A DNA stretch of 63,990 nt, filler included, from Craspedostauros australis (GCA_030167865.1; 20 parts of 20 records of this genome joined end to end with filler, not necessarily neighbours in it); one strand, 5' to 3'. Shown: positions 36,960 to 49,880, numbered from the whole stretch's first letter. The notes: generated by a model not told the origin, from the sequence alone. Numbers and translations are program-made.

Positions 36960-38630
36960 TTGTACTTTCACATTGTAGGAGGAGCCGTTGTACTTGCTGT
37001 GACTGGAGTGGAATGGGCCTTCGTGTCCGGTGATGGCTTTGAATACGCACATCTCCCCATCGCCAATCTCCTGCTCGTGTTGCTGTTCGATGATGTCAGC
37101 TAGATCCGTGTACGCAATGAGCTCTTCAGTGTCGTCGTCGCCGTATGCGATGAGCATCTTGATGNNNNNNNNNNNNNNNNNNNNNNNNNNNNNNNNNNNN
37201 NNNNNNNNNNNNNNGTCGTCGTCGCCGTATGCGATGAGCATCTTGATGTTGTCATGGTTAGCTGCGTCACCGTCCTTGATCTTGCGGATTACGCGAGCCC
37301 TCCACTTGAGACCATCCTGTTGATGGAGGAAGGTCAATCCGAGCAGCTCATCAGGACTGAACTTGGGGACTTTGACTACACCTGGATCTGATTCTCCATG
37401 TGATGTGGCTACCAGGTCAGATAGTGCATGCACAACGGGTTGTCTAGCTTTAGGTGTGCTGTCACTGTCGAAATCATCTGGACTTCCGTTTTCGCTAGCT
37501 TCGTCATCCACGTCACCATCCTCCCCAGAATCAGGCAGGGGGTAGTCTGCCCGAAGGTTTCGCGCGTCATCAGACACACGCCGGATGCTCGAGCGTGGCA
37601 ACAGCCGTNNNNNNGCGTCATCCAGCACCCAGAACGTCAGTTCGTCACCCTTGTGCTCGCACGGTCCAGCCCAGCGTCCACGCCGCTCCTGCGTGGTGCC
37701 AGGGAAGGCAGCGTTCCCAACCTTGTAGTACACAGGCTCCCACCAGTGGAAGCTGAGGTACTTGCTCACGTCGGGACGTTGGCCTGTGGCGGCTTGGATG
37801 GGCGTGATGTGACCCGCCGTGGACTGTGACAGATGGTTGAGCAGTCCCACGACGTACAAGGTGCAGATGAGCCAGAACCTGGCAGGGGTGCCAGTTCGGN
37901 NNNNNNNNNNNNNNNNNNNNNNNNNNNNNNNNNNNNNNNNNNNNNNNNNNNNNNNNNNNNNNNNNNNNNNNNNNNNNNNNNNNNNNNNNNNNNNNNNNNN
38001 NNNNNNNNNNNNNNNNNNNNNNNNNNNNNNNNNNNNNNNNNNNNNNNNNNNNNNNNNNNNNNNNNNNNNNNNNNNNNNNNNNNNNNNNNNNNNNNNNNNN
38101 NNNNNNNNNNNNNNNNNNNNNNNNNNNNNNNNNNNNNNNNNNNNNAGGGTACGCCGCTGTGAGGCGCGTGTTGGATCCTACAAACACCTGTACCATGGTA
38201 CATCCACCGTGTCCGGGGACTCCATCATGGTGAGCAGGCGTGTCAGAGAACAACGTGTCCATGGAAACAACATCGTGTAGTCGGTTGACATTGGCGGCGG
38301 GGAATCTAGACTTATAGTGTTTACGCATGGGATAACGCTCAGACATGCGGTACCACTGGGTAGTACATGCAAGAGTGTCANNNNNNNNNNNNNNNNNNNN
38401 NNNNNNNNNNNNNNNNNNNNNNNNNNNNNNCGGCCTTGATTGCCTTCTCCCCATCTCCGAGCGCTGCAGCAGACTGAACGTACTGAACGCACTTGGAAAT
38501 GGTGATGTCGATGTCGTTGTCGTCGTCCTCGCCGCGTTCGGCTGCAGGAATGTTGTCCAGATCAGCCTCCCCGTCCAGGACAGATGGGTCCCACTCTTGG
38601 TCGGAGGTGAAGAACACGTGTGGCAGATCG
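36960..38630 (-). mobile_element. Ty1/Copia family D (CoDi-like) integrase with extended C-terminus
   Basis: FFTSDQEWDPS, HYKSRFPAANVNRL, MDTLFSDTPA, GQRPDVSKYLSFHWWEPVYY, GRWAG, GDELTFWVL. Confidence 0.85.
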
Positions 38631-38730
38631 NNNNNNNNNNNNNNNNNNNNNNNNNNNNNNNNNNNNNNNNNNNNTTAATTAATTAANNNNNNNNNNNNNN
38701 NNNNNNNNNNNNNNNNNNNNNNNNNNNNNN

Positions 38731-39058
38731 GTCTGTCCGGTCATTTTGTCCGGTTTGTCCGGTCGTTTTGTCCGGTCTGTCCGGTTTGTCCGGTCATTTT
38801 GTCCGGTCTGTCCGGTCTGTCCGGTCGTTTTGTCCGGTCTGTCCGTTTTGTCCGGTCATTTGTCCGGTATGTCCGGTCTGACCTAGTTTCTCCGGTTTTG
38901 TCCGGTCTCTCTTGATGGGCGTGAACGAACCACAATTGAAGTAAAATAGCGTANNNNNNNNNNNNNNNNNNNNNNNNNNNNNNNNNNNNNNNNNNNNNNN
39001 NNNGTCTCTCTTGATGGGCGTGAACGAACCACAATTGAAGTAAAATAGCGTAACCCTA
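38731..39058 (-). mobile_element. Probable DNA-transposon end: dense (TGTCCGGT) repeats at 38731-38907 and a candidate terminus TAGGGTTACGC at 39058
   Basis: About 14 degenerate 9-13 bp repeats near a TAGGG start, which resembles hAT termini; the other end is not in the window. Confidence 0.45.
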
Positions 39059-40479
39059 AGTATGCTGTTTGGGATTTCGGCTGATTCACTTTTCTGTCTC
39101 AACGCCGTGTATTAAGTCCCGTTAAAGTAAGTCACGAGCTAGAAAAGTGAAAATCGGACAAAATGTTGGGTGTTCCTGCATGGCTATTGCGAACATTTAT
39201 GGCGATTGGGTATCGCGTCACATCACGTTTGTTCCTAGCGTTCGCAAACGTCGGTGACCAACAAGAACAAGACAGGTTCACAAACTAGTTCGTTGTACTT
39301 GAGTAATTCAGCACGTGTCCAGCGACAAAAACATGTTGATGTGGAAAAGTCCGTCGCTGAACTAAACACGGATTGGCCTTCAACACAGAATCGTCGGCAT
39401 GGCTTGACTGATGTGATCCAATCCTGCTCAGATCAATCCGAGCAACATGGCTTCCCATCAAATCAGCCACTGTTCGAAGCCCATGTCCACGCTGCGGGTG
39501 TCTTTGCCGTTGTTCTCCTGTTGATGGTGAGCACTTGATCTTGCTCATGTTCTGCACAACAAGAGTTCGCGGGCGAGAACAAGCAGTCCTCTGACATCGT
39601 CGTGCAAACGATCCAACAAGAAGAATCGTCAGCCACGTCACGGAGTAACACGACCCAAGATAGCGAGAAGATACCACTAACGAACCAGTACCACAAGACG
39701 TGTTGCCATATTGGTGAAATAGTGTTGGATAATGGCTTATTCTGCCGCGTCTCCATTATTGCGATCATCGAAAGAGACCGCGAATCTTCGCCAAATCACA
39801 AAGGCACATAAAAAACGCACCAACTCTCTTGCCATTCCGAACGAAGAACACAGAACATGTCAGAACACAGCCCCGTCCAGTACATTCAATGGACTATATA
39901 TCATTTCAAACAGGATCTGACAAAGCGCATCAAGAACCGCAACACCCCTTCTCCACACAGAACAACAAACTCCTTCAACAAACCAAACCAAAATTAATCT
40001 GTCCAAATGACCACAACAACACACCACTTATGCTTCATCCCACCTTCTCCCTTCGCTCTGTCTTGGTTGTGAAGTGTCGCAAGTGTCATTTGTCAACAAC
40101 GCCCAGGTTGTCTTCGACTCCAACTGTACGCACAGAAACACAATAGTATCGCGCACACCCTTGGACAATTACGCACAAGCGGACAATCGCAATGAAGCTC
40201 TTTCGTGACCTGACGACAAAACAGCACATCTTCTCCCACCTTTTCTCCCACGCGTAACTCACCGATTACAGGAACGTAAACGCGTGGAAATGGCGCATGT
40301 TGACGGTAACACGATGACGCAGTAACACGACCACACAACCACAAATCAACACGGAAGTCACCACAATGCCCCAACCACACCTTCCTGGATTCCGCCAACT
40401 CCATCTCATAAAACCAAATCACCATCCACCTCACTCCAGCTTCCTTCGAATCAATCCAACTTGACACAAGAACACAACC

Positions 40480-41148
40480 ATGCCAGCCTCAATCGTAATG
40501 CAACCAACCAACACCACCACCTTCAACAACAACAGCAACAAGAGAAAGAACACAAGGAAGAACCGCGGCAAGTCCGTCGCCTTCCATCAAACTGTCAGAG
40601 TCAAGGAGATCATCCACATCAACGACTACACCAACGATGAGATCGATGCCTGCTGGTGCTCAAAGCAGGACCAGGTCCACACCAGACAGGACATCGCCAA
40701 CACACTCAGACAGCACAACAGCAACAGCGACAGCAATCTTGACATTCGCGGCTTGGAATGTCGCACCCAGCAAGGATCTCAACAGAGACGAGCGGACCGC
40801 GATGAATCCATCTCCGCCGTCCTCGATGAACAGTATCTGCAGGAACATGAAGGATCCTCCTGTCCCGACATGATCTCAGCAGTGTATGCCGACACCACAC
40901 GCAACGCACAGATGAGAGCCAACGTGCAAGCGATGCTGGATTATCAGGTGGTGTATTACACAGAGCACACCGATGACAAGCAGACAGCGATGGACATGGA
41001 CATGAACATGACCATGGACACAGCCACAACAAGCACAAGCACAAGCACTGCGATGTGCGCATCGCGTCAAGTGCAGAGTGTTGTGCTGCAGACGAACCAG
41101 CAGCATCAATCCATGGTGTTCCGCAGCGTTGCCGGAAGTGCCGCTTAG
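40480..41148 (+). CDS. Hypothetical protein of the expanded diatom 'RGLE' family
   Basis: Complete 222-aa ORF with KSVAF...V, DY...E...W, RGLE, AVLDEQ..Q, I..VY and A..D motifs that I recognise from diatom hypothetical proteins. Confidence 0.8.
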   Translation: MPASIVMQPTNTTTFNNNSNKRKNTRKNRGKSVAFHQTVRVKEIIHINDYTNDEIDACWCSKQDQVHTRQDIANTLRQHNSNSDSNLDIRGLECRTQQGSQQRRADRDESISAVLDEQYLQEHEGSSCPDMISAVYADTTRNAQMRANVQAMLDYQVVYYTEHTDDKQTAMDMDMNMTMDTATTSTSTSTAMCASRQVQSVVLQTNQQHQSMVFRSVAGSAA

Positions 41149-42745
41149 AGAAGACCACATCCGTGATTGGTCAACGATGTACACTATCATGCATTATGAG
41201 TGTACATCAATCGCAACTGCAAGCACGAACGTGAACAACGTACACACTCTGGACACCATACAAAAACATAGATAGAACTCATAGACGCCAATTGACACCC
41301 ACAGACACTCATAGACCTGTCCATTGAACAAGCTCATCATAAAGATAAACTGCAATGCCAATCACATCAACTGAGAATCTTCAAACAACACGACCACTTG
41401 TATCGCTGTCAACGTCTTCTGGTGTGCACGCCACATGGACGTTCGGATCCGATACCACCGAATTGTGGATCACTCCAGGAATGCAACTCCAGAGGTATGT
41501 CCAGCATGATCAAGTTCGACCAAGGCAGCCCAGAACACTGCATCGAGCCACCGCCAGACTCCACCAATGTCTCATGACATTGCAGCCGTCCGTGTCAGAC
41601 GTTGCCTGGCAACACGGGCTTCTCCGCTGTGGCGAAACAGTCCAACGCATCTTGTCAGCCATTCTTCCAGAGCCAACAAGCGACATAGCTCGTACGAGGA
41701 TGCTGATCGCATGATCTGCGAGCAGAAAACACAACGAAAAGTCAAGGCCTCCCATTTTTCTGTGCCTACAGTTGGGATGGATCAAAAAGAGGGACCGCAC
41801 ACCCCACCAGCTATTCGAGGTGAGACAGGGCAGTACTGGAGACCATCCACAATAACGACAACAACAACGGAGATGGAGGACTCTGCATGGACAGCAAAGA
41901 TCACGCAGATGCCGTTTGTGCAAAAAAGGATGATGAGGAAGGAGAGCAAAAAGATGAGTGTCGGAGGGTGACAGAGGGCGATGTATCGTTCAGTCTTGTC
42001 GAGAAGGACAGCATCTGTGTGAGTCGCGGCGTCGGGAAACAACCGCGCTAAGCACAGACAAGGGGTTTGCTCAGAGTCGTGGCTCATCAAGGACAGAGTG
42101 CGCAATCATGTCACAGCGACGGGGACTTGAAGGCCGCGCCGCTCTGACATTGATGCTTCTGTTGTCTGTCAAGGCTATGATGATGCTCATAATGCCATGG
42201 AGTCCATGGGCGCAGCTCATTCTCTGCTTTCCGCGCTGCGCGCAGATGGAGGAACGGAATGGAGAACGAAGCACAAAAACGCAACCAAGGCACAGTGTTG
42301 TTCTGTTCCCACGTTGTTTGGAGCTGAACGATTTGTTGATTCGGACGTGTTAAATGTAGGTACACGTTTGGATGGTCATGTACACGACTGGATAAATGAT
42401 TCTTGGAAAGACTGAAATGAAGGAGATCGAACACAAAAGAACAAATGACGTCGACGGGTCCGGATGGGAGTTGGTAGTCGACACGGCATCCTATGAATAC
42501 TTCTCCACAGAGAGGTAGATGCTAGCACACTGCCATTTCCAGCAACCACCACCTGCACCATGACAGCTCTCCTCGGCGCCTCTCGGTATCTGACACCATC
42601 CAACGAGTGCCTCCAGCATTGGAGAATGGAGAGGTAGCAAACGCGAGCATTATCGCGATTCCACAATCGCTGACGGGGACAAGGCGAAGTTCTGCTCTGA
42701 GGCCAGTCTGCTTGTAAGGTTACGCATGCAAAATGATAGGATCAG

Positions 42746-45625
42746 TTAAAGCGCATCAAAGTTCACCTCTGCCATGATCTTGTGGGCTGTGGCAACGCAC
42801 ATTCGCGTATCTGCTGTATGCCGGGCAGTTCTTCGTTTTCGTCGCCGCTCGCTGCCTTTCCCATTGTCCCCATCAACACCGCCTTCCAGCATGCTTCGAT
42901 CGAGAAAGTTCGGATGCTTCTCCAGCAGCTGTTCAACCTTTGCCCTTGCCCCCCACTCGTTGTACAGCGAGATGGCATTCCCCAGATAATGCCGCGACCA
43001 GTAGAACCCGGTGTCGTCGTCCATCAGGCTTGTGCTCTCGAAAGTCGAGCTTTTTGTTGTGCCAATTGCTTCCTTTTTGGCGGAGTCGCTGTGGTCAACT
43101 TGCGATTTGCGTTTGGCATCGGCGGGTGCTTGCTTGTTCAAAAAGTACTCGGCTGCAAGCTCATTTGCAAGTGCGGTTTCGTGGATGTAGCCAGACCTTG
43201 CGCAGAATGAGATGGCCTTGTCGTATGCCGCCTTCACTTCATCCTCCGATCCTTTTCCTGATGCTGCCATCAGGTCCGCTTGCATTATCATGTATCGATG
43301 CAAGTTGTTACTACCTCTGATTTCTATTGTCGACTTCAACATATTGCTGTACTGCTGCGACTGGCGGCTGTACTTCCTTCTCTTCCTCTTGTTCGGCGTG
43401 CGTTGGGCCAACCTGGAAAGCGCCAGCCCGCTACAGAACAGCCTTACAGAGACAACAATGAATGCGTTGTTGCCTTTGGTGACGCAGTAAAGAGGCTCGA
43501 TGTAACCGCATCCAGCCTCGAGATCGCCGAAGTACGTTGCCAGCATGATCCGGCTGCAATAGAAATAGCTCCAACTGACGTAGTTCCAGAGCTTGATATC
43601 TTTCAAAGGGATGATATCGAACGATTCTTTCCAGCCCTTGTCTGGATATGTAGCGACGGTCGATGGTATACCCATCAGTGTCTCCGCCATATCTTGCCAC
43701 GGCGAGAACGTGTCGAATGTTGCTTGGAGACCGTAGTGCTTCAGCTGCGCTATGCAGGTCTTGCCAGTCTTCTGCAGCTGTGAAAGTGGCAGACCGCATA
43801 ATTGAGCTTGCATCAAGCTACCCGCCCAGCATCGGTACGCTACTTCGATATTCCCGCTCTCCATCCCAGCCTGCTGGCCTTGTCGATACTGGTCCAAGCA
43901 AACGTGCACAGACTCCGTCCATGCTGTCACGAAGTGTGTCAGGGTGGAATAGAACATGCACAAAACACTCTTGCATACCGTGCGATCCATGATTCTGCGT
44001 GAGAGCGCGCATAATCGTCTTGAGAGCTCTGGATGCTTGAAGACGCTCACAGCAATGGAACCGACTGCCGCAAGTGAGTAAGCCCCTTCAGCACATAGGC
44101 CATACTTCAGCATCAACCTGGTCTGTCGGACCATGGCCAGCATCATGGTGCCCTTGCAACCGGCGTGATATGCCACATCGATGAAGAAGAACAGGATCTT
44201 CATGGTCATTTTGATCTTGGGGTCGGTCATGATGGGGAGGTCCAGAACCTCGTCATCTGTATGCTTCGCGAAGTACTTCTTGATCTTGCCAAAGTCCCTC
44301 AATGCCAGGAAAAGGTGATTCCTCATGGGAAATGTCCCAAGCATCTTCAATGATCGGAGGTCCAAGTTCATGGCTTCTCTCGATCTTTCCAGGCGGCACA
44401 GCGCCATCACCAGGGACGAGTTGACCCGGATGACACCCTCGATAGACGCGCCTGAGTTGTCGATAACTGTTTGACATAGCATTGAGCCCTTGTCATAATT
44501 TCCAAGAGTCAACTCCACCTCCGATAGGCTCCGATACACCTCGATGCTCAGATCGTGTTGGTCTTTCCAGCGATCAGGAATTTTCGTCTCAAGATTCGTC
44601 AATGCCAGGTTCAGGTACTTTGCTGCCGGGACGAAGGCAGCAACGGCAATGGCGAGCTGCCCGACCTTGAGATTCAGATTGACCAGGTCGATTGCCGGGA
44701 TGATGTTCTCGGACACTGCGAGTGATGATACGTTCTCGAGATGCCCCGCGGCGACGAACCACATCCAGTCTTCGCCCAGGATGGGATCAGATGCGATGTC
44801 GATGAGATGCTTTCCAATGCGATACTTTATTTGATCGACCTCATCGCCAGGAACGCTCAATGAGAAGGCCGCCTGCTGGATTCGGTCGTGGACAAAACGG
44901 AACGACTCGCCGGAGCCGACCATGCGTTGCTTCGTGGTTGCGTCGACGTGGATCCGCTCTAGCAGTTCCTCCTTGACCGCCAGATTCAACGCGTCACCGA
45001 CGCTCATCTCGGCCAATGAGAGATTGCGCCTTGTGCTCTCTCCACCAGCGCGCTGCTGCTGTTGCTCTTCGATCTCCCGACCCATTAGCGTCTCCAACAC
45101 TGACTGACAGAACGTTGATCGAAGAAACGAGGCCATTTGCAAACACTTCTGCAGATCCTGTGGCAGCGAATGCAGCTTCGATGTGATCAGATCAACCACG
45201 TTGGCGGCCATGTCAATCTCATCAGCTGCCCGCTGCCCATCCCATTCCCACTGCAACGTATGGATGTTGCGAGTCAGGACCTTGCGACGGCGCAACCCTT
45301 CCAGTGCCTGCATCGTGTACAGCACATTGCCTTTCGTCTTGTCATGGAGCAACTTCGCTAGAGGGGCTGTTTTGATTGCATCCAGTCGAAGTGAGGATGC
45401 AAGAAGGTCCGCAGTTTGGGTGACAGTGAGATCGTCAAGCGGGATGTCATGGATGGTCTTTCCATTGTTTTTCCACTGGGAGACGGCGGTGGTGAGCTGG
45501 TGCTTAGGATCGCTGTGTACCTCGTTGGATCGATATGACCCAATGATGAGAAGGTTGCGGATGGACGGATCGAGGAGGATCTCCGTGATGAGTTTGAGAG
45601 ATCGCTCATCGATCCATTGGAGATC
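42746..45625 (-). CDS. STAND-type predicted ATPase (AAA_16/COG3899-like) with TPR-like helical C-terminus, 5'-partial
   Basis: The frame is open upstream of the listed ORF: DLQWID (Walker B end), LLIIGSYRSNEV, TKGN, FRFVHDRIQQAAF, HETALANELAAEYF, YNEWGARAKV. Confidence 0.88.
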   Translation of the reverse strand, partial: DLQWIDERSLKLITEILLDPSIRNLLIIGSYRSNEVHSDPKHQLTTAVSQWKNNGKTIHDIPLDDLTVTQTADLLASSLRLDAIKTAPLAKLLHDKTKGNVLYTMQALEGLRRRKVLTRNIHTLQWEWDGQRAADEIDMAANVVDLITSKLHSLPQDLQKCLQMASFLRSTFCQSVLETLMGREIEEQQQQRAGGESTRRNLSLAEMSVGDALNLAVKEELLERIHVDATTKQRMVGSGESFRFVHDRIQQAAFSLSVPGDEVDQIKYRIGKHLIDIASDPILGEDWMWFVAAGHLENVSSLAVSENIIPAIDLVNLNLKVGQLAIAVAAFVPAAKYLNLALTNLETKIPDRWKDQHDLSIEVYRSLSEVELTLGNYDKGSMLCQTVIDNSGASIEGVIRVNSSLVMALCRLERSREAMNLDLRSLKMLGTFPMRNHLFLALRDFGKIKKYFAKHTDDEVLDLPIMTDPKIKMTMKILFFFIDVAYHAGCKGTMMLAMVRQTRLMLKYGLCAEGAYSLAAVGSIAVSVFKHPELSRRLCALSRRIMDRTVCKSVLCMFYSTLTHFVTAWTESVHVCLDQYRQGQQAGMESGNIEVAYRCWAGSLMQAQLCGLPLSQLQKTGKTCIAQLKHYGLQATFDTFSPWQDMAETLMGIPSTVATYPDKGWKESFDIIPLKDIKLWNYVSWSYFYCSRIMLATYFGDLEAGCGYIEPLYCVTKGNNAFIVVSVRLFCSGLALSRLAQRTPNKRKRRKYSRQSQQYSNMLKSTIEIRGSNNLHRYMIMQADLMAASGKGSEDEVKAAYDKAISFCARSGYIHETALANELAAEYFLNKQAPADAKRKSQVDHSDSAKKEAIGTTKSSTFESTSLMDDDTGFYWSRHYLGNAISLYNEWGARAKVEQLLEKHPNFLDRSMLEGGVDGDNGKGSERRRKRRTARHTADTRMCVATAHKIMAEVNFDAL

Positions 45626-46107
45626 TNNNNNNNNNNNNNNNNNNNNNNNNNNNNNNNNNNNNNNNNNNNNTTAATTAATTAANNNNNNNNNNNNNNNNNN
45701 NNNNNNNNNNNNNNNNNNNNNNNNNNTCCAGCACGCAACAATTCCACCAACACCGCCGACCAAGCGTGATCACAGGAGCCAGCTCGTCACACAGGCCTAC
45801 ATGGTGCAACAACACGTTGTCAAGCGGATCGGTATACTACGACGATTTGACGTACTCGAACGGAGAGTCACGCTCCAACCGTTCCAATGGCAGCACCAGC
45901 GACGGTATTTTCATTTCTGGGGCCGTGGTCGGNNNNNNNNNNNNNNNNNNNNNNNNNNNNNNNNNNNNNNNNNNNNNNNNNNGACCGTAGTGACCGAATA
46001 TCAATCGTGTATCAAGACTCACTCGACTATACTCTCAAATCGAGTCGAATCAAAAAATAGTGAATCGCGTTTCAGTCATGGGAGATGGGTACCTAATTTC
46101 GGTCTAG

Positions 46108-49100
46108 ATGTTGATAGTTTCGGTCATAGATGAAGGATCGCACAAGTCGGTCCGCTTCAACGAATCAGACTCGTCCAGCACGCAACAATTCCACCAACAC
46201 CGCCGACCAAGCGTGATCACAGGAGCCAGCTCGNNNNNNNNNNNNNNNNNNNNNNNNNNNNNNNNNNNNNNNNNNNNNNNNNNNNNNNNNNNNNNNNNNN
46301 NNNNNNNNNNNNNNNNNNNNNNNNNNNNNNNNNNNNNNNNNNNNNNNNACGGTATTTTCATTTCTGGGGCCGTGGTCGGAGCAGCCGCAGTTGGCGCTGC
46401 AGCGGCCGTGGCAGCTGCAGTTGCATCATCTTCCAACACACGAGACAGATCATCATCTGTCGGTGGAACAGCAACGGAAACAACGCAGAACGCCGGTGGC
46501 AGCAAGCAGTCGCGTCCGTCGGCAGAGAGCAGCGCAAGTGGAACATCCAGCCTGGCATCCAGCGATGTCTACACGAATCGTTCCGAAGGCGTCAAGAATG
46601 GCAACGTCCGTGCCGTTGACCTCTCTTCTTCGACATCATCTGACTACGAGGCGAAGATTGCAGCAATGATTCGCTTGCAGATGCAGAGAGAAGGCATCGA
46701 ACCTCTCACAGAGACCANCAGNCCTCCTCCGGNTCCTCTCGAAGACATCATGGANCTTGCTGCNGCCAAACTGGCTGCTGGTAGTTCATACGAAACCAGC
46801 AACAAGGACAAATCTGCCAGCAATGACGCATGTCAACCAGGATCTGAAGAGCAAGAACTAGTCGCCGGTGCAGCCAACCCAGTGATAGTCGGCCACCTCG
46901 TGGAAACCGTACGTTCATCTGATGACATCCCAGTTGTCCAGGGCATGGATATTCTCATGCCTGCGCGAGGAACGAACAGCGGTCAATCCACAGCCTCCGA
47001 ATTCACCGTCTCCAAGAATGAACGGTCGGTGAGATCTGGTGCAGCTTCCACCAGGAAGTTGTCTTCCAGCTCTGCAGAAAACGAACGCCCTTCGTCGTTC
47101 AATGANNNNNNNNNNNNNNNNNNNNNNNNNNNNNNNNNNNNNNNNNNNNNNNNNNCCTCCGGCTCCTCTCGAAGACATCATGGATCTTGCTGCAGCCAAA
47201 CTGGCTGCTGGTAGTTCATACGAAACCAGCAACAAGGACAAATCTGCCAGCAATGACGCATGTCAACCAGGATCTGAAGAGCAAGAACTAGTCGCCGGTG
47301 CAGCCAACCCAGTGATAGTCGGCCACCTCGTGGAAACCGTACGTTCATCTGATGACATCCCAGTTGTCCAGGGCATGGATATTCTCATGCCTGCGCGAGG
47401 AACGAACAGCGGTCAATCCACAGCCTCCGAATTCACCGTCTCCAAGAATGAACGGTCGGTGAGATCTGGTGCAGCTTCCACCAGGAAGTTGTCTTCCAGC
47501 TCTGCAGAAAACGAACGCCCTTCGTCGTTCAATGAGTCCGTCTTGAACAGCCTGTTGGACTCTGACTCGGAAAAGGTTGGGGCACTGGTCGGGCACCAAG
47601 ACCAATCGAGGCCATCCACAACTCAGAGCGATCGCGGCTTCGGGAAAGATGACAACAGCAACAAGGGCGACAACGCCAACGCATTGAAAACCACCGCAGC
47701 TATTGGCGTGGCCGCAACAGTCGTTACGGCGGCATCTGTGGCAGCTGCGGCCAAAACCACGACCACGACCACAGCCAAAGTCACAGCTGACGGCAGCCCT
47801 GCAGTCGGCGTGGTGACGAGCGCAAGCGCCAACTCGAATCCTGTCGATAGCAGCTACACCAACAACACGTCTGCGGCCTCAACAAACGATGTTGCCGACG
47901 CCGCTCAAGAAGCATCAGCAACTGTTTCGACTGGTCACATCGAGTGTAACTCATCCCACAAGTCGATCAGCTCAGCGAAGTCGTCATTGGACGATGTCAC
48001 CAAGAACGCCTCGACTGGAGTAGCCGCAGGTGCAGCAGTTGTCCTTGGGGTCGGCGCAGCGATCATGACCAAGTCGTTGATGAATGCAGAAAAGGATTGC
48101 GACAATGCTGATGTTGGTGATGCTCCTACTGGACATGACCCAATTGATGTCACCGACCACGGAAGCCAGGGTGGTGCGTCACCTGGGAATTATTCCATCG
48201 AGCAAAAAAAAACAGCAGAGAGCGTCTCCCGCTCGCGAAATGTCGAAGAGATCATTGTGCTCGACGACGAAGATGACCACTGCTCCAGTGACAACAAGGG
48301 TAACGATGATCACCAGCAGAATCGACCATCGCAGAGTCATTCCAATGGCGTCATTGCTATCAGCGACTCTATGGAGGAGAAGCATTCGTACGAGGATCCA
48401 TGGACTGGTGACAGAGACGACGCCCTTGCATCACGCGATTCAGCACACAGCACTGGCGCCGACAAGTCTACCAGCAACCCAGCTGGTGCAACACCAGTCA
48501 TCGACCTCGTGAACTACGACAGCATGAGCTTTGAGGTGTACGATGGTGAGAGCGGCGATGGCATTGTGTGCCACAAGATGGATCCCAAGGAATCGTGGAC
48601 AACCCAGCCCAATCCGCGACGGCCACAGCCACAAACTCACAGGCAAAACAAGGCGCAGTGGTGTCTGAGGAGAGCAAAGGTCAGCAGAAGGCGGGCATCA
48701 CCTCATCACAGCTGTTGGCCCTGGCTGTTGCATCGATGGCCACCATTGGGGTTCTCAGCACCATGGGACGTGCAAGAGACAACACACAAACGAAAGAAGC
48801 CGATGCCAGCACCAAGAAGTCTTCACAAACAACCATCATTTCGGAGACGGCATCTGCATCTGCAGTGCCCACTCCGCAAGACGAGACCAGCGCAAAGACT
48901 CGATCATGTTCAGCACAAGATGATCCCAGTCAGGTAATGGGGTCTTCGTCAACACACGATGGCAGCNAAGAGATGGACCCTTCTGCAGCGACGGAGCAAA
49001 GCATCCAATCAACACAAACAGGACAGGAGGCCAAGCGGAACGAATGCGGGCATGACAGCAAGGAGGACGCGACAATCAACAAAGAGGCGTCCAATGGCGA

Positions 49101-49206
49101 TGCACCCAGAAGAGAGGAAGTCCAATCTGCTCCATCTAGCAAGCCCGAAGCAGTACATGGCGTAGTGGACTGTGCTCTTAGTGTACGAGTATGTAACATA
49201 TTATAG
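46108..49206 (+). pseudogene. Large Ser/Thr/Ala-rich low-complexity hypothetical gene, apparently frameshifted near 48565-48570
   Basis: Long open frames with consistent composition. The protein-like frame switches at a TGTGTG run. 46726-47104 is duplicated at 47156-47534 across a gap. Confidence 0.55.
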
Positions 49207-49880
49207 GAGCTGCACTAGCACATCACAACATAGCATAGTATAGCATACGAGCATTGTATGGTGTGTATTCGTTGCGATCTGCTCCACTCTCCTCTGCTCC
49301 GCCAATACATGACGATTGTGCTAGCGGCAGTGCCGTCGGCAGGGCACGAGCAGAGACGAATGATCAGAGGATGCATTGTTGGTGCTCCAGTGACGAGCAC
49401 GGATGCTGGGACTTGATGGCAGCAAAGATCGCAAGGGTTGTACATGTGTGATGAAAAGGAAGTGGAGTACTAGCATGGTACGATGTGGTACAGATGTACA
49501 AGTGCGGTATCAACAAAGAGGAGCCTTTGCCATTCGATGGGTTTGTGCAACACACACCGATTGTGCTGGCGCTCCGATCGACGCAGTTGAGGCCTTGGAG
49601 CGTTTTTTGTGTGTGGTTCGGCTGGAATTTTTCCGACCAGAGCGGCACAACACAACGTGACGGCTTCACAACGCGATGGCTCCACGACGCACACCATTCA
49701 CGACACAAAAAAACGGTCCGCGTCACAAAAATCACACCACTCATCACAAAACACAAAACAAACATCACACACCATGCCACACATCACAATCCTCCATGCC
49801 ATCAAGCAGACGATGTGCACACAGGCACTCCAATCACAGGTGCACCTAAAACATATGATAACTAATACTTTGATTTGCAG

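Noticed and set aside
33403..45625. LRR and STAND ATPase as a linked immune locus
   Set aside because: They are on different scaffolds separated by artificial linkers
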